Positions 61,586 to 64,000 of a stretch of DNA of 64,000 bases are shown one piece after another. The translations under genes and the position numbers were made by a program. The DNA is taken from NCBI GenBank assembly GCA_944326775.1, contig CALVFH010000001.1, positions 402-64,401 of the forward strand. The letters run 5' to 3'. This DNA is from an uncultured Parabacteroides sp. GTDB taxonomy: Bacteria > Bacteroidota > Bacteroidia > Bacteroidales > Tannerellaceae. Below the pieces are notes generated by a model. The model was not told where the DNA came from, made no database searches, and saw only the letters and a list, made by a program, of their open reading frames with translations. The stretch's first letter is position 1. Every line of letters starts with the position of its first letter.

Positions 61586-62657
61586 AATCACCCCCCTCAC
61601 CCTCCGGCGCCGCCTCGGGTTGGAAATCGCGCGCCGCCTCTTCCGCGAGAACGCGAAGGAACACCCCTTGCGGCAGCTCTTCTGGGAGTGCACCCTCCGC
61701 TGCAACCTCCATTGCCGGCACTGCGGCAGCGACTGCAAGAAGGAAGCCAACTTCCCGGACATGCCCCTCGCCGACTTCACCCGTGTGCTCGACCAGGTAG
61801 CCGAGCGCACCGACCCCCACCGCGTCTTCGTCATCCTGACGGGCGGCGAGCCCCTTGTGCGCACCGACCTGGAGGAGTGCGGGAAAGCCATCTACGACCG
61901 CGGCTTCCCCTGGGGCATGGTGACCAACGGCCTCTACCTCTCGCGCGAGCGCCTCAACCGCCTCCGCGCGGCCGGGATGCACACCGCCACCGTCAGCCTC
62001 GACGGGCTGGAGCCCGAGCACAACTGGATGCGCGGCCATCCGCACAGTTTCGAGCGCGCGCTCGGCGCCATCCGCCTCCTGACGGAAGCCGAAGACCTGG
62101 TTTTCGACGTGGTCACGTGCGTCAACCGGCGGAACATCGGCCAACTCGACCAGCTCAAGGCGTTGCTCATCGCGACGGGGGTGAAACGCTGGCGCACCTT
62201 CACGGTGTTCCCTACGGGGAGAGCTGCCAACGACCCCGACCTGCAACTGACGGGCCCGGAAATGCGCCGCCTGATGGAGTTCATCCGCCTCACCAGGCAG
62301 GAAGGGCGCATCCGCCTCTCCTACGGCTGCGAAGGCTTCCTGGGAAACTACGAAGGCGAGGTGCGCGACTACCTTTTCGCCTGTCAGGCGGGCATTAACG
62401 TCGGCTCCGTCCTGATTGACGGCTCAATCTCGGCCTGCCCCAGCATCCGCGCAGACTATCACCAGGGCAACATCTACCGCGATAACTTCATGGATGCCTG
62501 GGAGCAACGCTTCGCACCCTACCGCGACCGCGAATGGATGCGTACGGGGGAATGCGCCGACTGCCAATACTTCCGCTATTGCCTTGGCAACGGCATGCAC
62601 CTGCGCGACGGCAACGGAAAACTACTTTTTTGCCACTTAAAACGATTGGAGGAATAA
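61575..62657 (+). CDS. Radical SAM/SPASM-domain enzyme (TIGR04133-like)
   Basis: CNLHCRHC (CX3CX2C), TGGEP, VSLDG; SPASM CQAG..GSISACP..CADCQYFRYC..C. Confidence 0.9.
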   Translation: MTNKITPLTLRRRLGLEIARRLFRENAKEHPLRQLFWECTLRCNLHCRHCGSDCKKEANFPDMPLADFTRVLDQVAERTDPHRVFVILTGGEPLVRTDLEECGKAIYDRGFPWGMVTNGLYLSRERLNRLRAAGMHTATVSLDGLEPEHNWMRGHPHSFERALGAIRLLTEAEDLVFDVVTCVNRRNIGQLDQLKALLIATGVKRWRTFTVFPTGRAANDPDLQLTGPEMRRLMEFIRLTRQEGRIRLSYGCEGFLGNYEGEVRDYLFACQAGINVGSVLIDGSISACPSIRADYHQGNIYRDNFMDAWEQRFAPYRDREWMRTGECADCQYFRYCLGNGMHLRDGNGKLLFCHLKRLEE

Positions 62658-62658
62658 T

Positions 62659-63087
62659 ATGAAAAAGATTGTCAGAACAGTGAATTGCGTGCTCGGCGCC
62701 GCCCTCGCCCTGTTGGGCTTCTCGGCCTGCGATGGAACGATGGCAGACGAATACGGCACGCCGACGGTTGATTACCAAGTCAAGGGGACCGTCACCGACG
62801 AAGCGGGAAACCCCATCGAGAACATCCAGGTAACCCTTGAGAACGAGACGGACACGATGCGCACCGACGCCAACGGCCAGTTCCAGTCGCCCGAGCTGCG
62901 CAGCATCTCCATCAGCCCCCGGATCAAGTTCGAAGACACCGACGGCTCGGCAAACGGCCTCTTCGTCTCCACCACCACAAGCCTCGACGAGGCGGAACAG
63001 ACCCAGCTGGAGAAAGGCGACGGCAACTGGTACCAGGGAAAGTTCGAGGTGAACATCCAGCAGCAGCTCCGCAGGCTGGACAAATGA
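62659..63087 (+). CDS. Radical SAM-associated putative lipoprotein 2 (TIGR04134-like)
   Basis: Lipobox LGFSAC, EYGTPT, QVKGTVTD, FEDTDGSANG. Confidence 0.8.
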   Translation: MKKIVRTVNCVLGAALALLGFSACDGTMADEYGTPTVDYQVKGTVTDEAGNPIENIQVTLENETDTMRTDANGQFQSPELRSISISPRIKFEDTDGSANGLFVSTTTSLDEAEQTQLEKGDGNWYQGKFEVNIQQQLRRLDK

Positions 63088-63093
63088 TTTTCC

Positions 63094-63140
63094 GACACGA
63101 AAAAAGGCATGGCCCCCGCGGGAACCATGCCTTTCGTGTC
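63094..63140. terminator. Hairpin/terminator between convergent genes
   Basis: gacacgaaa..aggcatgg / ccatgcctttcgtgtc inverted repeat. Confidence 0.7.
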
Positions 63141-63151
63141 TCTGAAGCGGA

Positions 63152-64000
63152 TCATTGGATCGCCGGGCCCTCGTGCTCGTCGTCCTCGTCCTCTCCGCCG
63201 GTCGTCGGCTGGTCGTCTTCGTCCCCCGTCGTCGGCCGGTCGTCAGGCTCGTCCGTTCCGGGCGTCTCCGTATCCTCGCCGGGCGTTTCCGAATCCCCTC
63301 CGGGGGTCTCCGAACCCGGTTTGCCGCTTCCGCCCGAAGCTCCCGCCTCTTTGGAATAGACTTCCACCAAGCCATTCACCTCGTCGATGAAGGTCTCGAC
63401 CTCGTCCGACGTCTGGACAATCGCGTAGGCATTGACGATGTCGGCAATCTCGCTGTAGCGGGCGTTTGCCTCGGCCATCAACTCCATCGAATCCAGCTCG
63501 CTGACCTTCGCCTTCTCGCCGGCCTCCGCCGCCTTCTGGAGGAAGAGGCGCTCGAAGTCTTCGTTGGCTTCAAGCAGCTTGGCAGTCTCCTCGTCGAGGC
63601 CGAGCAAGGTCACCGCCGCCGTGTTTTCCGCGTCGGTCAGGACGGCGTACATGCCTTTGATTTCGGCGGTTTGCTTGGTGTACTTGTGGTTGCGAATCCC
63701 CTTGTAGGGCGCCAGCTTCGGCGCAAGCAGTTCGGCCGCTTCGCGCTTCTCATCGACCGGCGAGTTGAGAAAAGCGTTCACCACCGCGCTGATGGTGCCG
63801 CAGGCCTGGTCGCGAACATCGTCGGCTGATGCCAACGCTTGCGTTGAGACGAAAGCCCTCTGACGATTCACGATGGAAGTCAGCTTTTCCACGGAAGCCT
63901 CATACGCCGGCACCTTGTCTTCGATGTGCAGCGCAGCAGGCGTGGACTTGGTTATAAACCCTAATACTTTGTTGTGAAAGTCTGCGCATGAGCCAACTAA
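63152..64000 (-). CDS. DUF6261-like helical protein with acidic repeat tail (5' end outside the window)
   Basis: Frame stays open to 64000 (LVGSCADFHNKVLGFITKSTPAALHIEDKVPAYE...); ADDVRD..LLEANEDF..FIDEVN pattern; ETPG/PTT repeat tail. Confidence 0.6.
   Translation of the reverse strand, partial: LVGSCADFHNKVLGFITKSTPAALHIEDKVPAYEASVEKLTSIVNRQRAFVSTQALASADDVRDQACGTISAVVNAFLNSPVDEKREAAELLAPKLAPYKGIRNHKYTKQTAEIKGMYAVLTDAENTAAVTLLGLDEETAKLLEANEDFERLFLQKAAEAGEKAKVSELDSMELMAEANARYSEIADIVNAYAIVQTSDEVETFIDEVNGLVEVYSKEAGASGGSGKPGSETPGGDSETPGEDTETPGTDEPDDRPTTGDEDDQPTTGGEDEDDEHEGPAIQ

Overview
Core chromosomal segment of a Bacteroidales bacterium, most consistent with a Parabacteroides/Tannerellaceae-like genome (inferred from gene order, TAnnTTTG promoters and protein families; not database-checked). 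It holds the 5' part of bamA with uppS, a PorG/DUF6089-like barrel, a DUF6242 lipoprotein and ribD. An accessory block follows: two metallophosphoesterases, a secreted nitroreductase-fold protein, a TonB-dependent receptor, a 41-42 bp palindromic tandem array and a GH3 beta-glucosidase. Next come prmC-recX-comF-pyrE-argH, a tRNA Gly-Leu-Gly cluster, pfkA/ispH/cmk/MATE/fbp, a RhuM-type gene, nfnAB-like genes, fabI, a MurF-Alr fusion, the dcw cluster without mraZ, a glycosyltransferase cluster with a GT2-kinase fusion, and cstA. The window ends with a lipoprotein / radical SAM-SPASM / lipoprotein operon and a partial DUF6261-like gene. Best leads: (1) the rSAM-SPASM enzyme flanked by two lipoproteins sharing an EYGTPT motif, a possible backbone-modification system for surface lipoproteins; (2) two unannotated promoter-to-terminator units that look like sRNAs (about 28362-28512 minus, 33428-33546 plus); (3) the covarying hairpin array at 11338-11777. 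No transposase, integrase, prophage, CRISPR or rRNA was seen. All family names come from motif recognition by eye.
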